A DNA stretch of 64,000 nt from Victivallaceae bacterium (GTDB lineage Bacteria; Verrucomicrobiota; Lentisphaeria; Victivallales; Victivallaceae). Positions 36,578 to 45,670 of this stretch are shown in pieces. The stretch lies in NCBI GenBank assembly GCA_045653515.1, contig JAZOMB010000046.1, forward strand, positions 13,114 through 77,113, in the 5' to 3' direction. The notes below the pieces were generated by a model. It saw nothing but the letters and a program-made list of their open reading frames with translations, was not told the DNA's origin and did no database searches. The stretch's first letter is position 1. The number at the start of each line of letters is the position of its first letter. A program made the position numbers and the translations under genes.

Positions 36578-37462
36578 GTGACCGTGGAAATCAGAAAACC
36601 ATGCCGGGCGGGGGCTGTCCCGGGAACCCCTCTCTGGGGATATGATTACGGCCGTTATCCGATTCATTCTTTTAAGCATAATGTTGCTCCTGATGATTAT
36701 ATTCCTCTGGCGGTTGATGCCGGAGGGGATGACAAGTGGCACAGAAATTGTATCCGTCACCGCCACAAAAGTCGGATTTTTGCCATTGAATATGTTGTTG
36801 ACGGAGTTTTTATTTTTACTCATAACGGCATATCTCACCGTTGTGAAAAGGGGGATATTTTTATCGTCCATCTGGATGCCGACTGTTCAATGTGCTGTGA
36901 AACCGAGTTTGCTTCCAAAAAAATGATCCGGCTTTACGGCCCGCTGCTGAAAACTCTTATCAGTTCCTGCGGACTTGAAGATGTACCCGTCATCCGTGCG
37001 GTAGACCGTTCTGAAATAGATCGATGTTTCGATGAAATCCTCGCTTTGATCGGCACTGAAACTCCCGGCTTGCATCACACATTGTCCCTGTTGAGCTACA
37101 CGCTTATAATCGAACTTGCCAAACAGGCGGAACGTGCCGCTCTGCCGCCGCCGCTGCAGCGCGGGATCGAATACATCCGCAGTCATATCAGAAGTGAACT
37201 CTTTCTGGATGAACTGGTTGCCTATTCCGGAGTAAGTCAGGCAACTTTGCACCGCTTCTTTGTTAAATATCTGAAAACCTCTCCGATGAACTACTATCTC
37301 GAGTTGAAGATGAATGAAGCAAAAAGTATGCTGCTTTCCAATCATCGCGTGAAAGAGGTCGCGCGGCGTTTGAATTTCTCTTCAGCAGCATATTTTTCAG
37401 CTGAATTTAAAAAACGCTACGGTATCTCACCCCGAAATTACAGGACAAAAAACGAGAGCTAG
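36578..37462 (+). CDS. AraC-family transcriptional regulator (cupin sensor + HTH)
   Basis: 294 aa, with a GTG start at 36578 or 36584. The C-terminal double HTH ends RLNFSSAAYFSAEFKKRYGISPRNYR. Confidence 0.85.
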   Translation: MTVEIRKPCRAGAVPGTPLWGYDYGRYPIHSFKHNVAPDDYIPLAVDAGGDDKWHRNCIRHRHKSRIFAIEYVVDGVFIFTHNGISHRCEKGDIFIVHLDADCSMCCETEFASKKMIRLYGPLLKTLISSCGLEDVPVIRAVDRSEIDRCFDEILALIGTETPGLHHTLSLLSYTLIIELAKQAERAALPPPLQRGIEYIRSHIRSELFLDELVAYSGVSQATLHRFFVKYLKTSPMNYYLELKMNEAKSMLLSNHRVKEVARRLNFSSAAYFSAEFKKRYGISPRNYRTKNES

Positions 37463-37563
37463 TTGCAAATCGTCAGCAGAAGCTGCCTTCGGCGATATCG
37501 TCACGGCAGGCGTGTTTCCAGACGGTGACCTGCGAAGTTGCCGCTGGCAGATTTGTTCTTTTT

Positions 37564-39510
37564 TTACCTGATTTCAGCGCTGAACGGCGAAGCGGGGAAG
37601 CCGTCGCCGTTGTAGAGGGTGCAGGTCGGGTTTTCCGACCATGCGTAGCGGACGCACTTGATTTTTGCACTTTCGCCGGAGCAGAGGAGTACTGAAGCGC
37701 CTTGAACTTCGGCTTTTTGGGCGGGTATGAAGTTTTCTCCGTCAACTGAAATGTAAAAGCTCTGTTCAGCTTCATCGTCGATGCGCAAACCATCCGCCCA
37801 GGCGAAATCCAAACGCACCGTACCGCCAGATTCGTTGGCGGCACGCAGAAGTTCAGGGCCGTTGGGAACGATGTCGCTGAAACCGTAAACCTTGTTCAAT
37901 GCGCATGCTGCCAGACGGAAACCGACCGTCTGTTTATCCTGCGGATGGATGTCAACTTCATCACCGACATCGACGGCGGTCGCCATCGCGCAGTTGGGCA
38001 GGATCGAACACAAATTGCGCTGGCTTTCACGCAGATACGCCCAGGCCGCTTTGTTATTGTAACAGCCAGGCATGCCGTAGTTGGCAAGCTGAACCTGAAT
38101 AAAGGGCAGTTCCGGACTTTCAAAGTGATAACGCCAGTCGTTTATCATATATTTTAAAGTGTCCTGATAGTCGATGGCATTGGGAATGGTGGTGGCGTTG
38201 CTTTCGCCCTGATACCAGATCACCCCGGCGAGCGCAGCGGGAATGAGCGGGCGGATCATACCGTCAAAGAGGATCGAGGCGGTGTTGGGATTGCCCGGGC
38301 CGAAGGTCGAAGTGTCTCTGCGCAGAGAGATCGGGCCGAGATCAAGTTCCACGCCCGCCTGCCAGATGCCGCTGATATCGAGTGTTTCACCCAGTTCGCG
38401 GTTTTCAAGCCGCCAGGAACCGCAGAAACTGCCGTCGTAACAGCAGGAGTAGCCGCGCACGGCAACAAGAGCGGTTGTTGTGTTGTTCAGCTCCGCCGGG
38501 ATGCGGTATTCGCGGTGGATGCCGTAAGTATTCATAGATGCACCGCTTCCGGTGCGGCCGATCTCCTGACCGTTGAAGTAGCTGATATCCTGTTTGTCGA
38601 TGCCTCCGGTGCAGAGGAAAATTTCCTTGCCGAGCCAAGCTTGCGGGATTTCGATGCGCCGACGTATCCAGACTGCGCCGTTGCCGGAAATGTATTGTTT
38701 GATCCAGCTGCCGGGGATCTTCATGGTCTTCCAGGCGGAATCGTCAAAGTCGATGGAGTGAAAACCTTTTTCAAAACCTTCGTTGGTGGTGTCCGGACGG
38801 AGCAGGGCCCGGGCGGCTTCGCTGAAAGCTGAATTTTCGGTGGTGGAGTAAGTTTTTTCTTTCAAATGGCTGGCGCGGAGGATCTCCGTCAGATGGCGGT
38901 TTTTGGGGTTGGCGCGGAGCGCAGAGGCGCTGCTCCAGGCTTCGGCGATGGTGCCGCCCCAGCTGGAAACGATCAGACCGATGGGGATATCCAGCTGTTT
39001 CTGCAGATAAAGTCCGAACCAGGCGGCGACGGCGGAGCAATCGGGATCGATGCTTTTCCACGCACCCTGACAAGTGTTTTCGCGACAGCTTCGGGCATTG
39101 TGTTCCACATTGAAGTAGCGGAAGATGGAATTTTGACCGAGAGTTTCAAAAAATTCCTTTTCCTGCTGGCGGGAGAGCTGATTTTCGGCATCGATTTTAT
39201 CCGGGCGCCGATCATCGTTGAGTCTGTACTGCATATTGGATTGACCGGAAGCCAGCCAGACTTCGCCGATGAGAATATCTTTCAGGACGATTTTTTCGTC
39301 ATTGCATTCAACTTCCAGAGTGTAGGGACCGCCGGCAGTTTGCGGAGGGAAGTAGAGCATAAAATCACCCGTTGCAGAACTGCGGCTGTAAGTGGTGGAG
39401 CCGTTGAGTGTTCCGCAGACCAGAGTGTTGCAAGCGGCATTGCCCCAGACGGGAATGGCGATGTTGCGCTGTAAAACGGCGCCGTCCTGAAAAATCGAAG
39501 CAAGTTTCAT
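37564..39510 (-). CDS. sialate O-acetylesterase-family carbohydrate esterase
   Basis: 648 aa. SGNH-type block GEVWLASGQSNM. Family-typical tandem domain layout. Promoter TTGAAA, 16 nt, TATATT at 39555-39582. Confidence 0.75.
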   Translation of the reverse strand: MKLASIFQDGAVLQRNIAIPVWGNAACNTLVCGTLNGSTTYSRSSATGDFMLYFPPQTAGGPYTLEVECNDEKIVLKDILIGEVWLASGQSNMQYRLNDDRRPDKIDAENQLSRQQEKEFFETLGQNSIFRYFNVEHNARSCRENTCQGAWKSIDPDCSAVAAWFGLYLQKQLDIPIGLIVSSWGGTIAEAWSSASALRANPKNRHLTEILRASHLKEKTYSTTENSAFSEAARALLRPDTTNEGFEKGFHSIDFDDSAWKTMKIPGSWIKQYISGNGAVWIRRRIEIPQAWLGKEIFLCTGGIDKQDISYFNGQEIGRTGSGASMNTYGIHREYRIPAELNNTTTALVAVRGYSCCYDGSFCGSWRLENRELGETLDISGIWQAGVELDLGPISLRRDTSTFGPGNPNTASILFDGMIRPLIPAALAGVIWYQGESNATTIPNAIDYQDTLKYMINDWRYHFESPELPFIQVQLANYGMPGCYNNKAAWAYLRESQRNLCSILPNCAMATAVDVGDEVDIHPQDKQTVGFRLAACALNKVYGFSDIVPNGPELLRAANESGGTVRLDFAWADGLRIDDEAEQSFYISVDGENFIPAQKAEVQGASVLLCSGESAKIKCVRYAWSENPTCTLYNGDGFPASPFSAEIR

Positions 39511-39634
39511 AAGATAAAAGTGTCCTGAAATTTATTGAAAACTGTTTGCAGAGTAATATATCACCGCTGGAGTGCTTTTCAAATAGAAAAGCGAAAAATA
39601 TGTGATTTGGGGGCGGACAAGCGGCAACGCAACG

Positions 39635-39870
39635 CGCCGACGAGCCGGAGCGCAGCGACGGCAACCAGAACTCCGGAAAGCCCCTGATTGGAAAGCGGGA
39701 CTCGGCATGGGCGAAGCGAAGTGAGCCGGAGCGCAGCGACGACAACCCGAAACTCCAGAAAAGATTGATTTGCCAAGACGGGACTCGACGGCGGCGCATC
39801 GCGCCGACGAGCCTGAGCATCGGAGCCCGCAGGGCGAGAAGCGCAAGGCAACCCCCGAAAAAAGTCACGC
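39635..39870. repeat. three degenerate tandem units of about 75-80 nt, GC-rich and non-coding
   Basis: Units 1 and 2 share GAGCCGGAGCGCAGCGACG(G/A)CAACC(A/C)GAA(A)CTCC(G/A)GAAA ... GATT ... GGGACTCG. Unit 3 is more diverged but restarts with GCGCCGACGAGCC. Unit 2 contains AGACGGGACTCGA, identical to 13 nt of the tRNA-Asp T-arm. Confidence 0.6.
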
Positions 39871-39897
39871 TTTCTGCCATAGCAGAAAGCTCAAAGT

Positions 39898-39943
39898 AAA
39901 AATAAAAAATCTCAAGTGCGAGTTTACTCGCGAACTTGAGATT
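39898..39943 (-). terminator. intrinsic terminator after tRNA-Asp
   Basis: Minus strand reads AATCTCAAGTTCGCGAGT-AA-ACTCGCACTTGAGATT followed by TTTTTATTTT. Confidence 0.65.
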
Positions 39944-39996
39944 TGTTATTTTTACAGTGACTTTTTTACACAAGCCTGGAAAAAAGGCAAAAAAAA

Positions 39997-40073
39997 TGGC
40001 GAGAGAGACGGGACTCGAACCCGCAACATCCACCGTGACAGGGTGGCACTCTAACCAGTTGAGCTACTCCCCC
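39997..40073 (-). tRNA. tRNA-Asp (anticodon GUC), CCA encoded
   Basis: Reverse complement is GGGGGAGTAGCTCAACTGGTTAGAGTGCCACCCTGTCACGGTGGATGTTGCGGGTTCGAGTCCCGTCTCTCTCGCCA. Anticodon stem is CCACC/GGTGG with loop CT-GTC-AC. The discriminator is G, as I recall is usual for tRNA-Asp. Confidence 0.9.
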
Positions 40074-40363
40074 GCTTTTATTTAGCGGCGTTGACGCTTG
40101 GAGAAAAACTCCATATCGCTGTCAACGTTACATAATATAACACCTTTTACAGTTTTGTCAAATGGTTTTTTGAAAAAAAGTGAATTTTTGCCCGTAAAAA
40201 ATTCTGTTTTGCCATAAAATCAGTTTTTATGACCTGTTTTCAAGCATCTGCCGAAGCGATGTTACGCAAAATTACCTGACGGGCGAGCGGGAGGCGGTGG
40301 AATGCGGATGTATTTCTGTCCGGATTTTTTTTGCAAAAAAAGAGACAAAAATTTTATTATTGC

Positions 40364-40392
40364 TTGACGAAGTGCTGTATGCACGTTATATT
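40364..40392 (+). promoter_or_regulatory. sigma70-type promoter of ffh
   Basis: TTGACG (40364-40369), 17 nt, TATATT (40387-40392). Confidence 0.55.
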
Positions 40393-40444
40393 AAAAGATG
40401 AATATGTTTTTATGTTAAAATAAATATAGGAAAGAACAATTTAA

Positions 40445-41890
40445 ATGTTTGATTCATTGAGCGACAAGCTCCACGCAGTATTTAAAAAACTGCGCGGAGA
40501 GAGCCGCCTTTCGGAGTCCAACATCGCAGAAGCGATGCGGGAGATCCGTCTGGCTCTGTTGGAAGCTGACGTCAATATCGAAGTGGCGACGGCGTTTATT
40601 GAAAAGGTCAAAAACGATTGCCTCGGTCAGGAGGTGCTTAAAAGCGTCACCCCCGGTCAGCAGGTGGTTCGCATCGTAAACGATGCCATTATTGAACTGC
40701 TCGGCGGCGGTGTCCGCGAACTTGAGTTCAAGAGCAAACCTTCTGTCATTATGCTCGTAGGTCTCCACGGCAGCGGTAAAACCACCACCGCCGGTAAGCT
40801 TGCGCTGAAACTTAAAAACGAAGGCAAACGCGTTCTGCTCGTAGCCGGTGACGTTTACCGTCCCGCCGCTATCGACCAGTTGGAAACTCTCGGCCGCGAG
40901 ATCGGTGTGCCCGTTCATGTTGAACGCACCAGCGTCAATGTCGCCGCCATCGCTTCCGATGCGGTCGCCGAAGCCAGAAATCAGGGTATGGATTGTGTCA
41001 TTATCGACACCGCCGGCCGCTTGCAGATCGATGATATGATGGTGCAGGAGCTTATCCGCATCCGTCAGGCGGTTATGCCGGACGATATTCTTCTGGTTGC
41101 TGATGCCGCTCTCGGTCAGGAAGCGGTTTCGGTCGGTCAGCACTTTCATGAAGCGTTGAATCTCACCGGTTTTATCCTTACCAAGCTGGACGGTGATGCC
41201 CGCGGCGGTGCCGCCTTGAGCATCCGTCAGGTGACCGGTGTTCCCATCAAGTTCGCCGGTATGGGTGAAAAACTAGATGCCCTTGAAATCTTCTATCCCG
41301 ACCGTATGGCCAGCCGTATCCTCGGTATGGGCGACGTCGTTTCACTGGTCGAAAAGGCTGCGGCGGAGATCGATGAAGAAGAGTCCAAAAAACTTTATGC
41401 CAAACTGAAAAAGAACCAGTTTGATTACAATGACTTCCTCTCCCAGCTCAAGCAGATCTCCAAGCTCGGCGGTATGGAAGGTATTTTGAAGTTCCTGCCC
41501 GGCGGCAAACAGCTTACCAACGCGATGTCCGGTGTTGATACCGGTGCGCTCAAGCGTATGGAAGCGATGGTTCTGTCTATGACTCCCGCTGAACGCGAAA
41601 ATCCTGATATTATGGATTTCTCCCGCCGCAAACGTATTGCCCGCGGCTGCGGTATGCCCACCGAAGCAGTCAGCTCTTTTATCAAGCAGTTTGAAATGAT
41701 GCGCAAAATGATGCGCCCCGGCGGTATGATCGGCAAGATGATGGCGGGCGGCGCGATGCCGGAATTCGTTCCCGGCGGCGGCCTGCAGTGCGCTCCGGCT
41801 GCGATGAGCAAAAAAGAGCAGGAAAAACGCAAGAAACTGGCAAAACTTGCGAAGAAAGAACGTGCCAAACAGCGCAAACGTAAACGCTGA
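40445..41890 (+). CDS. ffh: signal recognition particle protein Ffh
   Basis: 481 aa. N-terminus MFDSLSDKLHAVFKKLRG. SRP GTPase motifs GLHGSGKTTTAGKLA and DTAGRL. Met-rich M domain and a basic tail. Confidence 0.95.
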   Translation: MFDSLSDKLHAVFKKLRGESRLSESNIAEAMREIRLALLEADVNIEVATAFIEKVKNDCLGQEVLKSVTPGQQVVRIVNDAIIELLGGGVRELEFKSKPSVIMLVGLHGSGKTTTAGKLALKLKNEGKRVLLVAGDVYRPAAIDQLETLGREIGVPVHVERTSVNVAAIASDAVAEARNQGMDCVIIDTAGRLQIDDMMVQELIRIRQAVMPDDILLVADAALGQEAVSVGQHFHEALNLTGFILTKLDGDARGGAALSIRQVTGVPIKFAGMGEKLDALEIFYPDRMASRILGMGDVVSLVEKAAAEIDEEESKKLYAKLKKNQFDYNDFLSQLKQISKLGGMEGILKFLPGGKQLTNAMSGVDTGALKRMEAMVLSMTPAERENPDIMDFSRRKRIARGCGMPTEAVSSFIKQFEMMRKMMRPGGMIGKMMAGGAMPEFVPGGGLQCAPAAMSKKEQEKRKKLAKLAKKERAKQRKRKR

Positions 41891-41913
41891 AGATTTTTTC
41901 AGGAGAATATATT

Positions 41914-42711
41914 ATGTTGGGAATTATTTTGATCTCTGCAATCGCCACGGCAAGTGCCTGGGGCGGTTATACTCAATGGGGTACCGGCTGGGGAATCGCC
42001 ACCGGCATTATGGTTATGATCGTCGGCTGGGTCATCCTCGGAGTGCTGCTGCGCCGCGCCACGATGGCAAAACAGCTTAAGATCCAGCAGATCATGGAAG
42101 ATGGTCAGAACAAGGTCAATCGTCAGGTCGAAATGTTCAGCCGCCGTCCGCAGTCCAGTATGAATGGAATCCGTCCCGTGATTGAAAAACTCCAGCGCGA
42201 TGCCACCTTGCGCGCTCTGGAAGCCACCGACGATTTCAAGCCGCTTTACAAGTGGACCCCGATGCTTAAAAAGCAGATCAACTCTATGAAAGTCCAACTC
42301 TATTTCCAGCTCAAGGACAATAAAATGGTCGATGCTCTGCTCCCGCAGGCGATGCTTATGGACCCGCAGACCGTCGCCATCAAACTGGTGCGGATGTACC
42401 GCAATGACGATGCGAAGATCGACAAATTTTTCAAGCGCGTCATCAACCGTTTCCGCGGCGATACCCGCGCCTTTGTCGCGTGCGTTTACGCTTGGATCAA
42501 GCTGAAAAAGGATGATTCCAAAGCCGCTCTCGATGCGATGCTCACCGCGAAAAAGCTCAGCGATCACCCCGCTTTGCTCAGCAATATCGAAGCATTGACC
42601 AATGGTAAAGTCAAGCACTTCAGCAACTCAGGTTTCAACGAAATGTGGTACGCTCTGATGCTTGAAGAACCCAAAATGAAACCCCAGCGCCAGCGCGGCC
42701 GGATGTTCTGA
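41914..42711 (+). CDS. membrane-anchored hypothetical protein
   Basis: 265 aa with two N-terminal TM helices. It is tightly linked to ffh by a 23-nt gap. Confidence 0.5.
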   Translation: MLGIILISAIATASAWGGYTQWGTGWGIATGIMVMIVGWVILGVLLRRATMAKQLKIQQIMEDGQNKVNRQVEMFSRRPQSSMNGIRPVIEKLQRDATLRALEATDDFKPLYKWTPMLKKQINSMKVQLYFQLKDNKMVDALLPQAMLMDPQTVAIKLVRMYRNDDAKIDKFFKRVINRFRGDTRAFVACVYAWIKLKKDDSKAALDAMLTAKKLSDHPALLSNIEALTNGKVKHFSNSGFNEMWYALMLEEPKMKPQRQRGRMF

Positions 42712-42736
42712 AGATATTTCTCATCGGGAGGCGGTT

Positions 42737-43507
42737 TTGAAAGGCTTGAAAAAGTTTTTTGCGCCACTTGCCGGAATATTGATTTTTTCCGGCGGGGTTG
42801 TATTGGCTCTGCCGGAAATTTTCCGCCGCCGCAATCGGCGTTGGCGGGAATTTTTTTACTATTTTGACCTCTGCGGCAGTCAGTCTTTATTGATCGTGCT
42901 TCTGATCTGTTTCCTTATGGGGGCTGTACTCGGTATTCAGGGAGCATTGCAGATGAGCAAGGTCGGTACCGAGATATTTATGGTCGATCTGATCGGCTTT
43001 TCGGTGCTTAAAGAGTTGGGGCCGCTGATGGTGGCGATCATTGCCACAGGCAGAGCAGGTTCCGCCTTTGCCGCCGAGATCGGCACGATGAAGGTCAATG
43101 AAGAGTTGAGCGCTCTGCAGACCCTCGGAATCAATCCCGAAGGCTATCTCGTGATTCCTAAACTTGCCGCAATGCTGTTGGCAATGCCCTTGCTCACCGT
43201 GTGCGGCGATGCCGCCGGTATCGTGGGCGGTATGTGTGTCGGTGTGACCGTTTCCGGTATCCCGGCGGCGGCATACTGGACGCGAACGGTCGATGTGCTG
43301 GATATCGCATCGGTTTTGAGCGGTCTGGTCAAAAGCGGCGTGTACGGAGTTTTGATCACCCTTGCCGGATGTTACTGCGGCTTTACTTCCAGCGGCGATG
43401 CGCAGGGAGTTGGACGTGCGGCGACGCAGGCGGTGGTCGTTTCGATTTTTCTCGTTGTTGTTGCTGATGCGGTGATGACATTGCTCTTCTCTTTTATCGG
43501 GTGGTGA
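42737..43507 (+). CDS. mlaE: MlaE-family ABC transporter permease
   Basis: 256 aa. TTG start after GGGAGG. Multi-TM protein with the MlaE-like segment LKELGPLMVAIIATGRAGSAFAAEIGTMKVNEE. Confidence 0.8.
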   Translation: MKGLKKFFAPLAGILIFSGGVVLALPEIFRRRNRRWREFFYYFDLCGSQSLLIVLLICFLMGAVLGIQGALQMSKVGTEIFMVDLIGFSVLKELGPLMVAIIATGRAGSAFAAEIGTMKVNEELSALQTLGINPEGYLVIPKLAAMLLAMPLLTVCGDAAGIVGGMCVGVTVSGIPAAAYWTRTVDVLDIASVLSGLVKSGVYGVLITLAGCYCGFTSSGDAQGVGRAATQAVVVSIFLVVVADAVMTLLFSFIGW

Positions 43508-43511
43508 CACG

Positions 43512-44279
43512 ATGAGTGAAAAAATGGTTGAAGTTCGTGATTTGACGATCGGTTACGGCGACCGCATCGTGCTTGAGAAGCTGAATTTTTCCATAAATCA
43601 CGGCGAAATCGTCTGCATAATGGGAAATTCCGGCTGTGGAAAAAGCACCTTGCTCAAACATATCATCGGCCTTTATGAACCGATGAAAGGCGATATTTTC
43701 ATCCGTGGCAAAAGCATCGTCACCGCCGATGAAGCGGATAAAAAGGCGATTATGCGCAGCTTCGGCGTCACCTATCAGGGGGGCGCACTCTTCGGTTCGA
43801 TGAGCGTGGCGGACAATGTTGAATTTCCCCTGCGCGAATACACCGGTCTTGACAGTGAAGCGCGGATGAAGATCGTTGAAGAAAAACTGGAACTGGTCGG
43901 TTTAGGTGGTTTCGGCAGCTTTATGCCTGCGGAACTTTCCGGAGGTATGCGCAAACGTGCCGGTTTGGCGCGGGCGTTGGCATTGGAGCCGGATCTTTTG
44001 TTTTTTGATGAACCATCTGCCGGACTTGATCCGGTGAGTTCTGCTGATCTGGACCGGATGATCCTCAAACTCCGTGAAGAGACCGGAGCTACCATCGTGG
44101 TCGTAACTCACGAATTGGACAGCATTTTCGCCATCGGCGACCGGGCGCTGATGCTGGATAAGGAACGCCGTACGGTGGTGGCGGATGATACGCCGGAAAA
44201 TTTATTGAAAAATTCTTCTGACCCCTGGGTGAAAAATTTTATGAACCGGGGCGGATTAGCTTGTAAACGGGAGTTTTAA
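43512..44279 (+). CDS. mlaF: MlaF-like ABC transporter ATP-binding protein
   Basis: 255 aa. Walker A GNSGCGKST, signature LSGGMRKR, Walker B LLFFDEP. Confidence 0.85.
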   Translation: MSEKMVEVRDLTIGYGDRIVLEKLNFSINHGEIVCIMGNSGCGKSTLLKHIIGLYEPMKGDIFIRGKSIVTADEADKKAIMRSFGVTYQGGALFGSMSVADNVEFPLREYTGLDSEARMKIVEEKLELVGLGGFGSFMPAELSGGMRKRAGLARALALEPDLLFFDEPSAGLDPVSSADLDRMILKLREETGATIVVVTHELDSIFAIGDRALMLDKERRTVVADDTPENLLKNSSDPWVKNFMNRGGLACKREF

Positions 44280-44284
44280 ACAGT

Positions 44285-45253
44285 ATGAATGAAAACAGAA
44301 ATCGTTTGAGAGCCGGAATTTTTGTGGCATTGACCTTGCTGCTGCTTCTGGTGATGATGTTTTATTTCGGATTGTCGCAGGTATTCGTCCGCAAAGCCGG
44401 TGTCGTGACCTGTTTTGCAGAATCGGTGCAGGGTTTGAGTGTCGGTTCGGAAGTGATGTACCGCGGCGTGAAAGTAGGTTCAGTCAAGAGCATCCGCATT
44501 TTGCCGGATGATAAACTTATTCTGGTCAATATGGATATCGAACTGGATAAGTTTGAGCCGGACAATGCCGACGATCCGGAAAGAAAATTTTACAAATTCC
44601 TGCGCCGCGAAATGGCACAGGGATTGCGTTGCCGACTGGAATTTGTCGGCATTACCGGTATGAAATATGTGAGTCTGGATTATTACGGAACTCCGGAGAG
44701 CAAACTGCAGGAAACACCGGCTGCGGCGCGCCGCGCGGAACGCATATATGTTCCGGCGGTGAGTTCGTCATTCAAAGATATTATGGTCGCATTGACCCGT
44801 GCGCTGGAGAAGATCTCTCAAGTGAAGTTTGAAAAGCTCTCCAGCGATGTCGAAGATGTCCTCAAAGAGCTTAACTCCACCCTCGCCGCACCTGAGCTCA
44901 AAGCTACTTTGCAGCACGTCAAACAGATGACTTCCCATCTGGCAGAGACCACGGATGCGCTCTCAAAAGTCTTGAGCGAAAAACGTATGGATGAACTGGT
45001 CGGCAATGTCAATAACAGCGTTGCCGCTGTAAATGTGCTGGTAAAACAGCTTACCCAAGTCTCAGAGCAGATGAAGCTCCCTGAAACCGCCGCCGGGATC
45101 AGAGATGTTTCCGATGCCGCGCTCAATACCCGTCAGGAGTTTGTTACCACCATCGGGAAACTCAATGAAGCATTGGATGCGCTGCGGCAGCTGTGTGATC
45201 TTATCAGCAATGAGCCCGGATTTATTCTGGGAAATGGAAAACGTGCAGAATGA
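44285..45253 (+). CDS. mlaD: MlaD/MCE-domain protein
   Basis: 322 aa. An N-terminal TM helix is followed by an MCE-like block, GLSVGSEVMYRGVKVGSVKSI, and a helical C-terminus. Confidence 0.75.
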   Translation: MNENRNRLRAGIFVALTLLLLLVMMFYFGLSQVFVRKAGVVTCFAESVQGLSVGSEVMYRGVKVGSVKSIRILPDDKLILVNMDIELDKFEPDNADDPERKFYKFLRREMAQGLRCRLEFVGITGMKYVSLDYYGTPESKLQETPAAARRAERIYVPAVSSSFKDIMVALTRALEKISQVKFEKLSSDVEDVLKELNSTLAAPELKATLQHVKQMTSHLAETTDALSKVLSEKRMDELVGNVNNSVAAVNVLVKQLTQVSEQMKLPETAAGIRDVSDAALNTRQEFVTTIGKLNEALDALRQLCDLISNEPGFILGNGKRAE

Positions 45254-45265
45254 GGATCGTACCCA

Positions 45266-45655
45266 ATGGATATGGATTTTGAAAATAAGATAGCTTTGCT
45301 TACTGAAAGAGAAACCGCATACAGCGCCGATGCCTACCGTTTTGTCGCGGAAGCGGTCAATTTTACGGTCGGCAAACTTCCCGCCCACCGTCATGTCACC
45401 GCCTTGGAACTGCTCAAAGGTGCGCGTGAAATGGCGATGAATGAGTATGGCGCGGTGGCGCGCGAAGTGTTGCGGGAGTTCGGGATAAAGACCGCTTCCG
45501 ATGTGGGTAAAATCGTATATCTGCTTATTTCGGTCAATTTGCTTTCCTCTTCGGAAGATGATTCTCCGGAAGATTTTGAGATCGATTTTGAACCGGTTCC
45601 GGCGGTGGATGAAGCGGAACTGGTTGGATTTTCTGCCGGAATAACTATTGATTGA
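45266..45655 (+). CDS. small acidic-tailed hypothetical protein
   Basis: 129 aa. It sits between mlaD and the M16 peptidase with gaps of 12-15 nt. Family not recognised with confidence. Confidence 0.45.
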   Translation: MDMDFENKIALLTERETAYSADAYRFVAEAVNFTVGKLPAHRHVTALELLKGAREMAMNEYGAVAREVLREFGIKTASDVGKIVYLLISVNLLSSSEDDSPEDFEIDFEPVPAVDEAELVGFSAGITID

Positions 45656-45670
45656 CAGAGGAAGCTGGCA

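Noticed and set aside
39635-39870. Possible CRISPR array
   Set aside because: The units are 75-80 nt, contiguous with no unique spacers, and only about 75 percent identical. No cas genes are nearby. They are better described as a degenerate tandem repeat.
39365-40033. Three overlapping minus-strand ORFs (222, 104 and 90 aa) across the repeat region and into tRNA-Asp
   Set aside because: They are open only because the GC-rich tandem repeat lacks stop codons. One runs into the tRNA gene and its terminator. The peptides are repetitive (LRSGS...) with no RBS.
42737-45253. Mla-like ABC locus as something novel
   Set aside because: This is the standard MlaE-MlaF-MlaD order with canonical motifs, an ordinary envelope-lipid maintenance system.
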